Positions 47,388 through 54,939 of a stretch of DNA of 64,000 nt are shown here, in pieces. This DNA comes from Actinomycetota bacterium (GTDB lineage: Bacteria > Actinomycetota > Thermoleophilia > Solirubrobacterales > JACPNS01): NCBI GenBank assembly GCA_016213645.1, contig JACQZY010000013.1, positions 193,081-257,080 of the forward strand. Direction: 5' to 3'. Each line of letters starts with the position of its first letter. The stretch's first letter is position 1. A model generated the notes under the pieces. The model was not told the DNA's origin. It made no database searches and worked only from the letters and a program-made list of their open reading frames with translations. Made by a program: the position numbers and the translations under genes.

Positions 47388-49595
47388 TCATCCGCCCGCG
47401 GCGACGCTTTCGAAGCCCCCGTCTACGCCATCGGACTTGACGCGCATCATCGCCGCGTCGGCGTGGCGCATCAGCGAGTCGAGGTCGCTGCCGTGTGCCG
47501 GACACAGCGCAACTCCGGCGCTGGCCGTGATCAAAATCTCGTGATCGGACCGCAGCCAGGCGCAGGCGTCCGTGGCCGCGCGGACAAGCGACTGGGCCTG
47601 CTCGTACGCGTCAAACTCGTCGCCGGAAGACAGCACGGCCGCGAACTCGTCGCCGCCGGTTCGCGCGATCAGGTCATTGGGGCGCGAGGCCGCCGACAAC
47701 GCGGAAGCCACCCGTCGAAGCAAATCGTCGCCCGTGCGGTGGTCGAGCAGTTTGTTGACCTGTTTGAACGCATCCAGGTCGAGGACGGCCACGGCAAAGC
47801 TCGACGCGGTGTCACCGGCCGCGAGCTCGGCTTCGACCCGTTTCGCAAACGCTCTGCGATTCGCCAAGCACGTCAACGGATCGACCATCGCGCGTTCGTG
47901 AGTGCGACGGCGAACGCTGCGCAGAACGCTGCCGGCAATCGCCAACACCAGCGCCAACCCACCCGTGAACATCGTCGTTGCGTAAAGGAATGTCAGCGTG
48001 ACACCACGCGTCGGGCCGCCGAGTAGATCCTCGTAGACGACCGGAGAGAGGATCACCGACCAGGCGACCAGCAGTCGCCACCACGCCGAGCGCGGTCGCC
48101 AAAACCACGCCTGAAAACCGACGAACACGGCTACGAGCGGCATGATGAAGCTCGCCGAGCCGCCCGTTAGATACACGACGCCGATCAACCCACCCCATGC
48201 CGCGACGTCGGCCAGCCTGTGCAACGCCCCGCCGTGCTCCAATCCGGCCAGCAGCAGCGCGGCGCCGAGCACCAGCCCAAGCAGGCAGCAGGCGGCGAAC
48301 ACCACCGGATGGCGAATTTCCGCGCCGGGCACGGCGGCACCGGCGAGCATCACGACCGCGCTGAGCATCCAGTAGACGCCAATCGCACGCGCGTACACCG
48401 GGCGACTGAACCACAACCTTCGCAGGCGCGAACCGTGTGGCGGGGGTGGCGGTGGATCTGCCAGTGCGGCAAGCCAAGGAGGTGGTTCTCCTGCGGCGCC
48501 GACCGGATCACGCGGGGCCTTTGCCAACTCCGCCTTTTTCAGATACATCTCCCGTTCCGCGACCGTCAGCAGGTCCTCCAGCTCCTGCCCGTCGCGTGGA
48601 AAGGACGCACAGCCGATGCTCGCGTCCATGTGCACGCCGGCCAAACCATGCTCGGCGTCGGTCCCGATCACGGCGCCGCGATAAAACCGAATGCGCTCCT
48701 CGATCTGCTGCTCGGAAAGGCCCGGCAGCAACACAACGAATTGATCGCCGCCGATTCGCGCCACGAGATCCCGGCCGCCGGCCGCGCGCCGGAGTTGTTG
48801 AGCGGCGCAAACAAGCGCATGATCGCCGCCGAGGTGTCCGTAGTGCACGTTGGCGGTCTTGAATCCGTCGAGGTCGATCAACAGCAGTCCAAACCTCGAC
48901 GGACCGGTCGCCACGAGCGCGTTGAAATACTCCGTCAACGCACGGCTGTTGGCCAAACCCGTAAGTGGATCCTGGCGCGCCAGCGTTGCTGCTCGCCGCT
49001 GTGCGGCGTCGATCGTCCGCTTCTGCGCATGCAGCGAACCCATCAGCGCCCATGCTACGGGGATGAACACCACAAGTCGCGCCGCGTCGGTGCTTGCCAG
49101 CCAATGCGGATTGCCCACCGCGGGCGAGACCGCCGCCACCGCAACGGCCGCCGCGACGATCGCGAAGGCCCGTCCGCGCAAAAAGAAACCGGCCCACACG
49201 GCCCCGGCGAGCATGTTCACCTCAACGGCCCAGATCGCCGGGGTGACCTGCATCAGAGCCGCGTTCACCGAGACCATTGCCAGCGCCGAAATCAGCAGCC
49301 AGCGATCCTGCGCGCGATCACTCAGTCGTTTGATGACGGTCACGTGAAGCGCCGCAAAAGCAAAAGCAGGCGCGCCAAGCCCGAGGCGCCACGCGTTCAC
49401 GTGCGACGGCGCGACGTCTGGAACAAACGATGCCGCCTCCATCGTCACGGTCGCGACGACCCAGAGCACGCAGGCGGTAAACACACGCAGATCGCGTTCG
49501 CTGCGCGGCATTCGCCGCATCAGCGATCGATAGCTGTCACGCCCGCGGTCCCGTTGACTCGCGTGGCGATCCTGCGCTTGAGCAGTCCCCATCAC
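47388..49595 (-). CDS. Paralogous membrane diguanylate cyclase, (multi-TM + GGDEF) x2; first domain degenerate (GGDQF)
   Basis: The layout matches the neighbouring gene: DPLTGLANSRAL...RIGGDQF and DPLTCLANRRAF...RTGGDEF, with an RPND I-site before the second domain. Confidence 0.9.
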   Translation of the reverse strand: MMGTAQAQDRHASQRDRGRDSYRSLMRRMPRSERDLRVFTACVLWVVATVTMEAASFVPDVAPSHVNAWRLGLGAPAFAFAALHVTVIKRLSDRAQDRWLLISALAMVSVNAALMQVTPAIWAVEVNMLAGAVWAGFFLRGRAFAIVAAAVAVAAVSPAVGNPHWLASTDAARLVVFIPVAWALMGSLHAQKRTIDAAQRRAATLARQDPLTGLANSRALTEYFNALVATGPSRFGLLLIDLDGFKTANVHYGHLGGDHALVCAAQQLRRAAGGRDLVARIGGDQFVVLLPGLSEQQIEERIRFYRGAVIGTDAEHGLAGVHMDASIGCASFPRDGQELEDLLTVAEREMYLKKAELAKAPRDPVGAAGEPPPWLAALADPPPPPPHGSRLRRLWFSRPVYARAIGVYWMLSAVVMLAGAAVPGAEIRHPVVFAACCLLGLVLGAALLLAGLEHGGALHRLADVAAWGGLIGVVYLTGGSASFIMPLVAVFVGFQAWFWRPRSAWWRLLVAWSVILSPVVYEDLLGGPTRGVTLTFLYATTMFTGGLALVLAIAGSVLRSVRRRTHERAMVDPLTCLANRRAFAKRVEAELAAGDTASSFAVAVLDLDAFKQVNKLLDHRTGDDLLRRVASALSAASRPNDLIARTGGDEFAAVLSSGDEFDAYEQAQSLVRAATDACAWLRSDHEILITASAGVALCPAHGSDLDSLMRHADAAMMRVKSDGVDGGFESVAAGG

Positions 49596-49687
49596 CTAAA
49601 CGTCGGCGCAAAACGCGGTCGCGGCGAGTGAAATCTCGCGGCAACGGACGGATGTTCGATCTGGCCGCCCGACGGCCGACGGCCGGC

Positions 49688-49780
49688 TTAGAGCACGGCG
49701 TTTGAGACGGCGATGCCCAGGGCCACGCCGGCACCGGTCCCGGCGACGACGGTCAAAAGCCACAGAATCCCCTTGTTCAT
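49688..49780 (-). CDS. Possible 30-aa hydrophobic micropeptide (MNKGILWLLTVVAGTGAGVALGIAVSNAVL)
   Basis: Its ATG overlaps the TGA of the upstream membrane-protein gene (ATGA at 49777-49780). It has a single predicted TM. It was found only as the tail of a longer spurious ORF-track entry, so coding status is unproven. Confidence 0.3.
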   Translation of the reverse strand: MNKGILWLLTVVAGTGAGVALGIAVSNAVL

Positions 49781-50541
49781 CGATCCCTCTTGACGCGTTC
49801 GCCGGTGACCGGATCGACGAACGTGTCGTCCGCGACGGCCGGACCAGAATCCACGTCCGGGGAGGCCGCTTCCGGGGATGCCACCGGCCGCGGGTGCGTC
49901 GCCTCGCCGGATTGATCTCCGGGCGCGGGTGCGGGTGACCCCGGAAATCCGTGAGGAAATCCCGGCATCGGCTGCACCGGCACTTTCGCGCGCACCAGTG
50001 GCGCTTTGAACATAGACGGTTCGGGCGAGTCCCCGCGTGCCAAGAAGGACTTGACCTCGGTAAGCCCGGGGATCAAACCACCAAGTGCCATCAACCAGAA
50101 AACGACTCCGCTGATGATCCAGCCCGACGCGCCGCTCATGTGCGCTGGTGGATTGAAACCAAGTTGCATGAAGTTGAACCCGAGTGCGCCGAACAGTGTC
50201 GCCCACATCAACAGACCCGCGCCCAAAAACGAGGCGCCGCCGTAGCGCGAGGAAGCGGCGGCAAGGATGCCACCGAAGATCAGCATCGCGAAAATTCCAC
50301 CCACCAGCAGCGAGACCTGCCCGCCCGTGCACTCGTTTTGAATCGCGTAGGGCCCGCCGCTCGCGCAGGCGCCACCGCTGTACATCAGATCGCGCATTCC
50401 GCTATACACGGCGGTCAGCGACGCGCTGAAGCCAACGGCGCCGATCAAGACGAGAACCAGCGGTAGCGAACCGCCACGCCCCCCGCGCGACGGTTCGCTT
50501 ACCGTTGTGTTGGTCGTCGTGCCGGTCTCTGCGTCCGGCAT
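49777..50541 (-). CDS. Polytopic membrane protein, hypothetical
   Basis: A strong SD (AGGGGGA) lies 7 nt before ATG 50541. At least four hydrophobic segments are present: LPLVLVLIGAVGFSASL, VSLLVGGIFAMLIFGGILAAA, FLGAGLLMWATLFGALGF and IISGVVFWLMALGGLIPGL. The C-terminus is Pro-rich. Confidence 0.65.
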   Translation of the reverse strand: MPDAETGTTTNTTVSEPSRGGRGGSLPLVLVLIGAVGFSASLTAVYSGMRDLMYSGGACASGGPYAIQNECTGGQVSLLVGGIFAMLIFGGILAAASSRYGGASFLGAGLLMWATLFGALGFNFMQLGFNPPAHMSGASGWIISGVVFWLMALGGLIPGLTEVKSFLARGDSPEPSMFKAPLVRAKVPVQPMPGFPHGFPGSPAPAPGDQSGEATHPRPVASPEAASPDVDSGPAVADDTFVDPVTGERVKRDR

Positions 50542-50555
50542 AACGTTTTCCCCCT

Positions 50556-50963
50556 TTAGAGCGCCATCGAGCCTGGCCAGTCGATCCAGACGGTCTCGCG
50601 GTTCTCGGGGTCGATCTTCACGGCAACCTGCTGCCCGGCCATTGCCTTTCCCAGAAAGGGCTGCTCAACGACCTGCGTGACGGTCGCCGGATACGGCGGC
50701 TGCCCATCGGGAAACACGTTCAGCTCGATCTGCATCGTTGGCTGAAAGTTCACCATCGCTCCGGTCTGGACCACGTTGATGATCGAGGCCTTCGCCGGCG
50801 TTCCGGTCAGCGCCATGTTGGCGGCCTGCGTCTGCTGGGCCATCATCTCGTTGGCCTCTTGCATGCGCTCCATGCCGTCCTTCATCTGTTGGCCGGGGTC
50901 CCAGTTCTTGTTGATCTCGTTGGACTGCTTTTGCAGATCGCGAATGCTCTTGAACATCCCCAT
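50556..50963 (-). CDS. Hypothetical protein with MGMFK amphipathic N-terminus and a beta-rich C-terminal domain
   Basis: A 135-aa product: MGMFKSIRDLQKQSNEINKNW..., then a Met/Gln-rich helix, then ASIINVVQTG...VAVKIDPENRETVWIDW. It starts 6 nt after the upstream gene. Confidence 0.6.
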   Translation of the reverse strand: MGMFKSIRDLQKQSNEINKNWDPGQQMKDGMERMQEANEMMAQQTQAANMALTGTPAKASIINVVQTGAMVNFQPTMQIELNVFPDGQPPYPATVTQVVEQPFLGKAMAGQQVAVKIDPENRETVWIDWPGSMAL

Positions 50964-50969
50964 TGCCGC

Positions 50970-51374
50970 TTACCGTCCCGTGTAGAGCGCGTTGAAGCGC
51001 TGGCCGACGGCCGGATTGGTTTGCATGCGCTGGTTCCAGCCGTCGACGGCCGTCTGCCAGTCGTCGGCGGAGATGCCCTTCGACGCGGCGATCTCGGCGG
51101 CCTTCGACTGGTCACCACCTTGCGCGGCGAGTTCTTTGGAGACCTCGGCGTACTGCTCCAGCGAAACCCCGCTGACCGGCTCAAAGTCCGGCGTGCCGGC
51201 CTGCTGGGCCGCGGCCGCGGTGGCCTGCTGCTGTGCCATCGCCTGCTGAGCGGCGGCCTGCTGGGCGGCGGCCATCTCCTGCGCTTGGGCGCCCATTTGC
51301 TGAGCCTGGGCGACCATGTCCGGCGCCTGCTCGACGACGTTCTTCATGTCCTTCATCTGTTTGAACAATCCCAT
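50970..51374 (-). CDS. Hypothetical protein with MGLFK amphipathic N-terminus and a Gln/Ala-rich coil
   Basis: ATG 51374 is preceded by AGGAGC. The product reads MGLFKQMKDMKNVVEQAPDMVAQAQQMGAQAQEMAAAQQAAAQQ..., followed by a globular C-terminus ...WQTAVDGWNQRMQTNPAVGQRFNALYTGR. Confidence 0.6.
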   Translation of the reverse strand: MGLFKQMKDMKNVVEQAPDMVAQAQQMGAQAQEMAAAQQAAAQQAMAQQQATAAAAQQAGTPDFEPVSGVSLEQYAEVSKELAAQGGDQSKAAEIAASKGISADDWQTAVDGWNQRMQTNPAVGQRFNALYTGR

Positions 51375-51581
51375 GCGAAGCTCCTGTCGTACTAGGGGTG
51401 GGGGTGATACGAGGAGAGCCGGTGCCGAATACCGGTATACCAACTACTCGGGCCACTTTACAGGTCGCGCGGCCGGTCGTGTGTAAATATTTTGTGATGG
51501 GTCCAGACGCGCTGTTTACAGGCGCGCCCGGCCCGACGCCAGAAGATGACGGGCCGGGCAGGGGGGCGCCGCAGGTCGGGT

Positions 51582-52520
51582 TCAGACCGTATGAGCGCGC
51601 TTTACCGACGGATCCGGAAGCGGGGTTAGAACTGCGCCGAGGTGCTCACGCAAGTGTTCGAACTTGGGCGGTAGCGAGAGTGTCGTGCCGAGATCCTCGA
51701 ACGGCTCGTCTGTGGTGAAGCCGGGTCCCATCGTCGCAAGCTCGAACAGCACTCCCGACGGTTCGCGAAAGTAGATCGACTTGAACCAATACCGGTCGAT
51801 CACCGGGGTCGCCTGCGGCAGGACTTCGGCCACGCGGCGCTGCCACGAGTCCTGGTCGCCGAGGCGCGTGGCGAAGGCAACGTGGTGAACGCTGCCCGCG
51901 CCCTGAACAGATGGATCGACCGGCGGCTCGTCGTACGCGAAGTACGACGAGCGCAGGGTGCCGCCGGCCGACCAGTAGGCGTCGTCGCCGTCATTGAAGT
52001 TGAAGCCGAGCGTGTCGCGAAGCAGCGCTGCCGATGCGCCGGGGTCCGCGGCGTACGCGCGCACACCGTCGAAGCCTTGGAGTGCGTACTCGGGTGGGAT
52101 TTCCGGCGAAGACGCGGTCAGCGGCGGCTCGGGACCGTCGTAAACCGTGAGCAGATGACGTAGGCCCTCCGGATCGCTGAAGGAGAGCTCGTCGTCGTTG
52201 TCACGGTCGCGCTGAATGCCTTCGGCGGCGAAGCGTTCGGTCCAGAAGTCAAGCGACTCGCGCGAACCGACGCGCCAGGCAATTGTGTGCACGCTGCCTG
52301 CGCCGGCGTGTCCGGGCTTGGCGTCGGGGTATTCGAAGAAAGTCAGATCCGCGCCGGGCGAGCCGTGTTCGTCACCGTAAAAGAGGTGGTAGACAGTCGG
52401 GTCGTCCTGGTTGACAGTCCGCTTGACCATGCGCAGACCGAGCATGCCGACGTAAAACTCCACGTTCGCCGGAGCGTCGCCCGTGATCGCCGTGATGTGG
52501 TGGATGCCCTCTAGCTGCAA
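51582..52520 (-). CDS. Ring-cleaving dioxygenase / glyoxalase (VOC) superfamily protein, two-module
   Basis: GIHHITAITGDAPANVEFYVGMLGLRMVKRTVNQDDPTVYHLFYGD is typical of MhqO/YfiE-like VOC dioxygenases. A second module contains HHVAF...YFREPSGVLFE. The start is TTG, with GGAAAG upstream. Confidence 0.85.
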   Translation of the reverse strand: MQLEGIHHITAITGDAPANVEFYVGMLGLRMVKRTVNQDDPTVYHLFYGDEHGSPGADLTFFEYPDAKPGHAGAGSVHTIAWRVGSRESLDFWTERFAAEGIQRDRDNDDELSFSDPEGLRHLLTVYDGPEPPLTASSPEIPPEYALQGFDGVRAYAADPGASAALLRDTLGFNFNDGDDAYWSAGGTLRSSYFAYDEPPVDPSVQGAGSVHHVAFATRLGDQDSWQRRVAEVLPQATPVIDRYWFKSIYFREPSGVLFELATMGPGFTTDEPFEDLGTTLSLPPKFEHLREHLGAVLTPLPDPSVKRAHTV

Positions 52521-52528
52521 AATCGAAC

Positions 52529-52568
52529 TTTCCGTTGTTCCGTTTATTCCGTTTGTCCGTTTGTCCGG
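52529..52568. repeat. Short tandem 8-9 bp repeats (TCCGTTTRT-like, 4-5 units) in the dioxygenase upstream region
   Basis: The sequence TTCCGTTG TTCCGTTTA TTCCGTTTG TCCGTTTG TCCGG starts 9 nt upstream of the TTG start of the minus-strand dioxygenase gene. A perfect palindrome CGCGGATCCGCG lies at 52574-52585. Confidence 0.6.
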
Positions 52569-52739
52569 AGATTCGCGGATCCGCGGGCCGTGGACGTTCG
52601 CCGACTCGCTGGTCCGCCGCCCCGCCGAAGCGGATTTTCACAAGAGCGTATCTATTTTTACCAGCTTTGGCCACTCGGCCCGCCGGTAGCGTTGCCACGG
52701 ACTCCGGCGACGGCGATCACGGCGGCGGCATTCCGTAAG

Positions 52740-53795
52740 ATGCGAGGCGTGAGCCTGTACGACGCGTTCAAGAATCTGCCGCTGCTGATCGACTCATATG
52801 AACTGGTTCCACACTCGCTCGACGTGTCGAGTGGATGGGAACGCGTGACCACGGAGATCGTGATGCACGGTGGCGGGCACACCGGCCGGGGCGAGGACGT
52901 GGTCTACGACCCTCCCGACCACTTTGCGCTGCGGGATGCCCCTCCGTCCCTGGGGTTGCCATTCTCGGGCAGCTTCGACGAGTTTTCGAATGCTCTGGAG
53001 GTCGCGGAGCTGTTTCCGGTGCCGCCGGAGCGCGAGATCAGCCCGGACTACCGCCGCTGGGGTTTTGAGAGCGCGGCGCTGGACCTTGCGCTGCGCCAGT
53101 CCAGTTTGAGTTTCGATCAGGCGCTGGGCATTGAGCCGCGGCCCGTGCGCTTCATCCTCTCACTTCGTCTCGGCGATCCACCGGACATCAATCGCGTGAA
53201 CGACTGGTTGGCGGTGGCGCCGTGGCTGGAGTTCAAACTCGACGCCGAGGTCTCGTGGCCACGCGAACTGATCGAGCAACTTGCGGCGACGGGCCGCGTG
53301 GAGTCGGTAGACCTCAAGGGTCTCTACTCGGGCACACAAGTTGACAATCCGCCCGATCCGCGGCTTTACGGCGAGGTCATCGAGCTGTTTCCAAACGCCT
53401 GGATCGAGGACCCGGCCTTCACAGAGCAGACGCGGCCGATTCTGCTTCCAGCGATCGACCGCGTCACTTGGGACGCGCCGATTCATTCCGTCGCCGACAT
53501 CGAGGCGCTGGAATTCGCGCCGAAGTGCCTGAACATCAAGCCGTCGCGTTTTGGGCCGCTCAGCCGACTGCTTGAGGCGATCGAATACTGCCACGACAAT
53601 GAAATCCGCATGTACTCCGGCGGACAGTTTGAACTGTCTGTCGGGCGCACGCACCTGCACGTGCTGGCGAGCGTTTTCTTCCCGGACTCGCCGAACGACG
53701 CCTCTCCGGTGCAATACCACGGTTCTCAAGCGGTGGCCGGCGCTCCGGCGAGTCCGCTTTCGCCTCCGCCCAACCGCGTGGGATTTGCGTGGTAG
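52740..53795 (+). CDS. Enolase-superfamily-like (MR/MLE-type barrel) protein, function unknown
   Basis: Barrel-strand motifs appear in the expected order: LEFKLD, VDLKG, AWIEDP (metal-ligand-type xIExP), TWDAP and LNIKPSRFG (catalytic-Lys-type). ATG 52740 was chosen. The assignment rests on motif spacing only. Confidence 0.5.
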   Translation: MRGVSLYDAFKNLPLLIDSYELVPHSLDVSSGWERVTTEIVMHGGGHTGRGEDVVYDPPDHFALRDAPPSLGLPFSGSFDEFSNALEVAELFPVPPEREISPDYRRWGFESAALDLALRQSSLSFDQALGIEPRPVRFILSLRLGDPPDINRVNDWLAVAPWLEFKLDAEVSWPRELIEQLAATGRVESVDLKGLYSGTQVDNPPDPRLYGEVIELFPNAWIEDPAFTEQTRPILLPAIDRVTWDAPIHSVADIEALEFAPKCLNIKPSRFGPLSRLLEAIEYCHDNEIRMYSGGQFELSVGRTHLHVLASVFFPDSPNDASPVQYHGSQAVAGAPASPLSPPPNRVGFAW

Positions 53796-53964
53796 GCAGC
53801 GCAAGACGGCTCGTTTCTACACCAAAAAGACCGGCCCGCAGCCAAGTTCGCCGGAACTCGGTATCTAGATAAACGCCCTGGTATTCGATGTCTTTACTGG
53901 GACTTCCCGCCTGTTGCGGGCCTAAACTGATTAGTAGGGTCACCGATCGAAGGAGTCAGGTGAA

Positions 53965-54858
53965 ATGGACGTCAGCACGTTTCAGTTCGAGGGACACCGC
54001 ATCGCCTACAAGACGTACGGCAGCGGCAAGCGCGCGGTGGTCCTGGTTCACGGCCTGCTTTTCAATCAGGAGATGCACGCGCCGCTCGCCCGCGCGCTGG
54101 CCGAGCAGGGCAACTTTGTGATCACGATGGACATGGCCGGCCACGGCAAGAGCGACGCGCCGCTCAACCGCTTCGACATGGCGCGCTACTCGCACGCGAT
54201 CAACCGCCTGCTCAGCAACCTCTCGATCGACGAGGCGATCGTGGGAGGCACCTCGCTGGGCGCGAACATCGGTCTTGAGTTCGCCGTGCATCACACGGAC
54301 CGAATGCGTGGTCTGATTCTCGACATGCCGGCGCTGGAACGCGGCATCGTGGGCGGTGCCGCGATCTTTACGCCGATTCTTCTGGGCGCGGAATACGCCG
54401 AACCCGTCGTCAATCTCACGTCGCGGCTGATGCGGCTGGTACCGAGTCGGCCGCTGCCGTACTCGATGAACATGGCGATGGACCTGATGAAGCGTCAACC
54501 GAAGGCGACTGCGGACGTCTTGAAGGGCATTTACTTCGGCCGCCTGGCGCCGCCGCGCACGGAGCGCATGGAGATCGTTGCGCCCGCGCTGGTGATCGGC
54601 CACAAGTGGGACCCGATCCACCCCTTCGCCGACGCGGCCGAGCTGGCCGGGGATCTTGAGAACTCCACCTTCGTGGAGGCGCGCAACGTTTTCGAGCTGC
54701 GGCTGATGCCCAAGCGTCTGACCAAAGAGGTCGTCGATTTCGTCGAGGAATGCTGGAAGCCGCAGGCCGTTGAACCGGACGTCACAAAGCCCACACCGAT
54801 CCGGCGCGGGGCGGCAGCCAAAGCGGCGGCGGAGCGACGGCGCAAGCGCGCTGCCTGA
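53965..54858 (+). CDS. Alpha/beta-fold hydrolase
   Basis: VVLVHGLLFNQ is present. The nucleophile elbow GGTSLGA has the GxSxG form. A late His is present in the C-terminal region. AAGGAG lies 9 nt upstream of ATG 53965. Confidence 0.85.
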   Translation: MDVSTFQFEGHRIAYKTYGSGKRAVVLVHGLLFNQEMHAPLARALAEQGNFVITMDMAGHGKSDAPLNRFDMARYSHAINRLLSNLSIDEAIVGGTSLGANIGLEFAVHHTDRMRGLILDMPALERGIVGGAAIFTPILLGAEYAEPVVNLTSRLMRLVPSRPLPYSMNMAMDLMKRQPKATADVLKGIYFGRLAPPRTERMEIVAPALVIGHKWDPIHPFADAAELAGDLENSTFVEARNVFELRLMPKRLTKEVVDFVEECWKPQAVEPDVTKPTPIRRGAAAKAAAERRRKRAA

Positions 54859-54939
54859 CCGAGCCGGAGCCGACCGAGGGGGCGGCAATTCGACGTGCAC
54901 CCGGCAGGCGCATCGGCCGGGGGTTTGAAGTGTTCTTGA

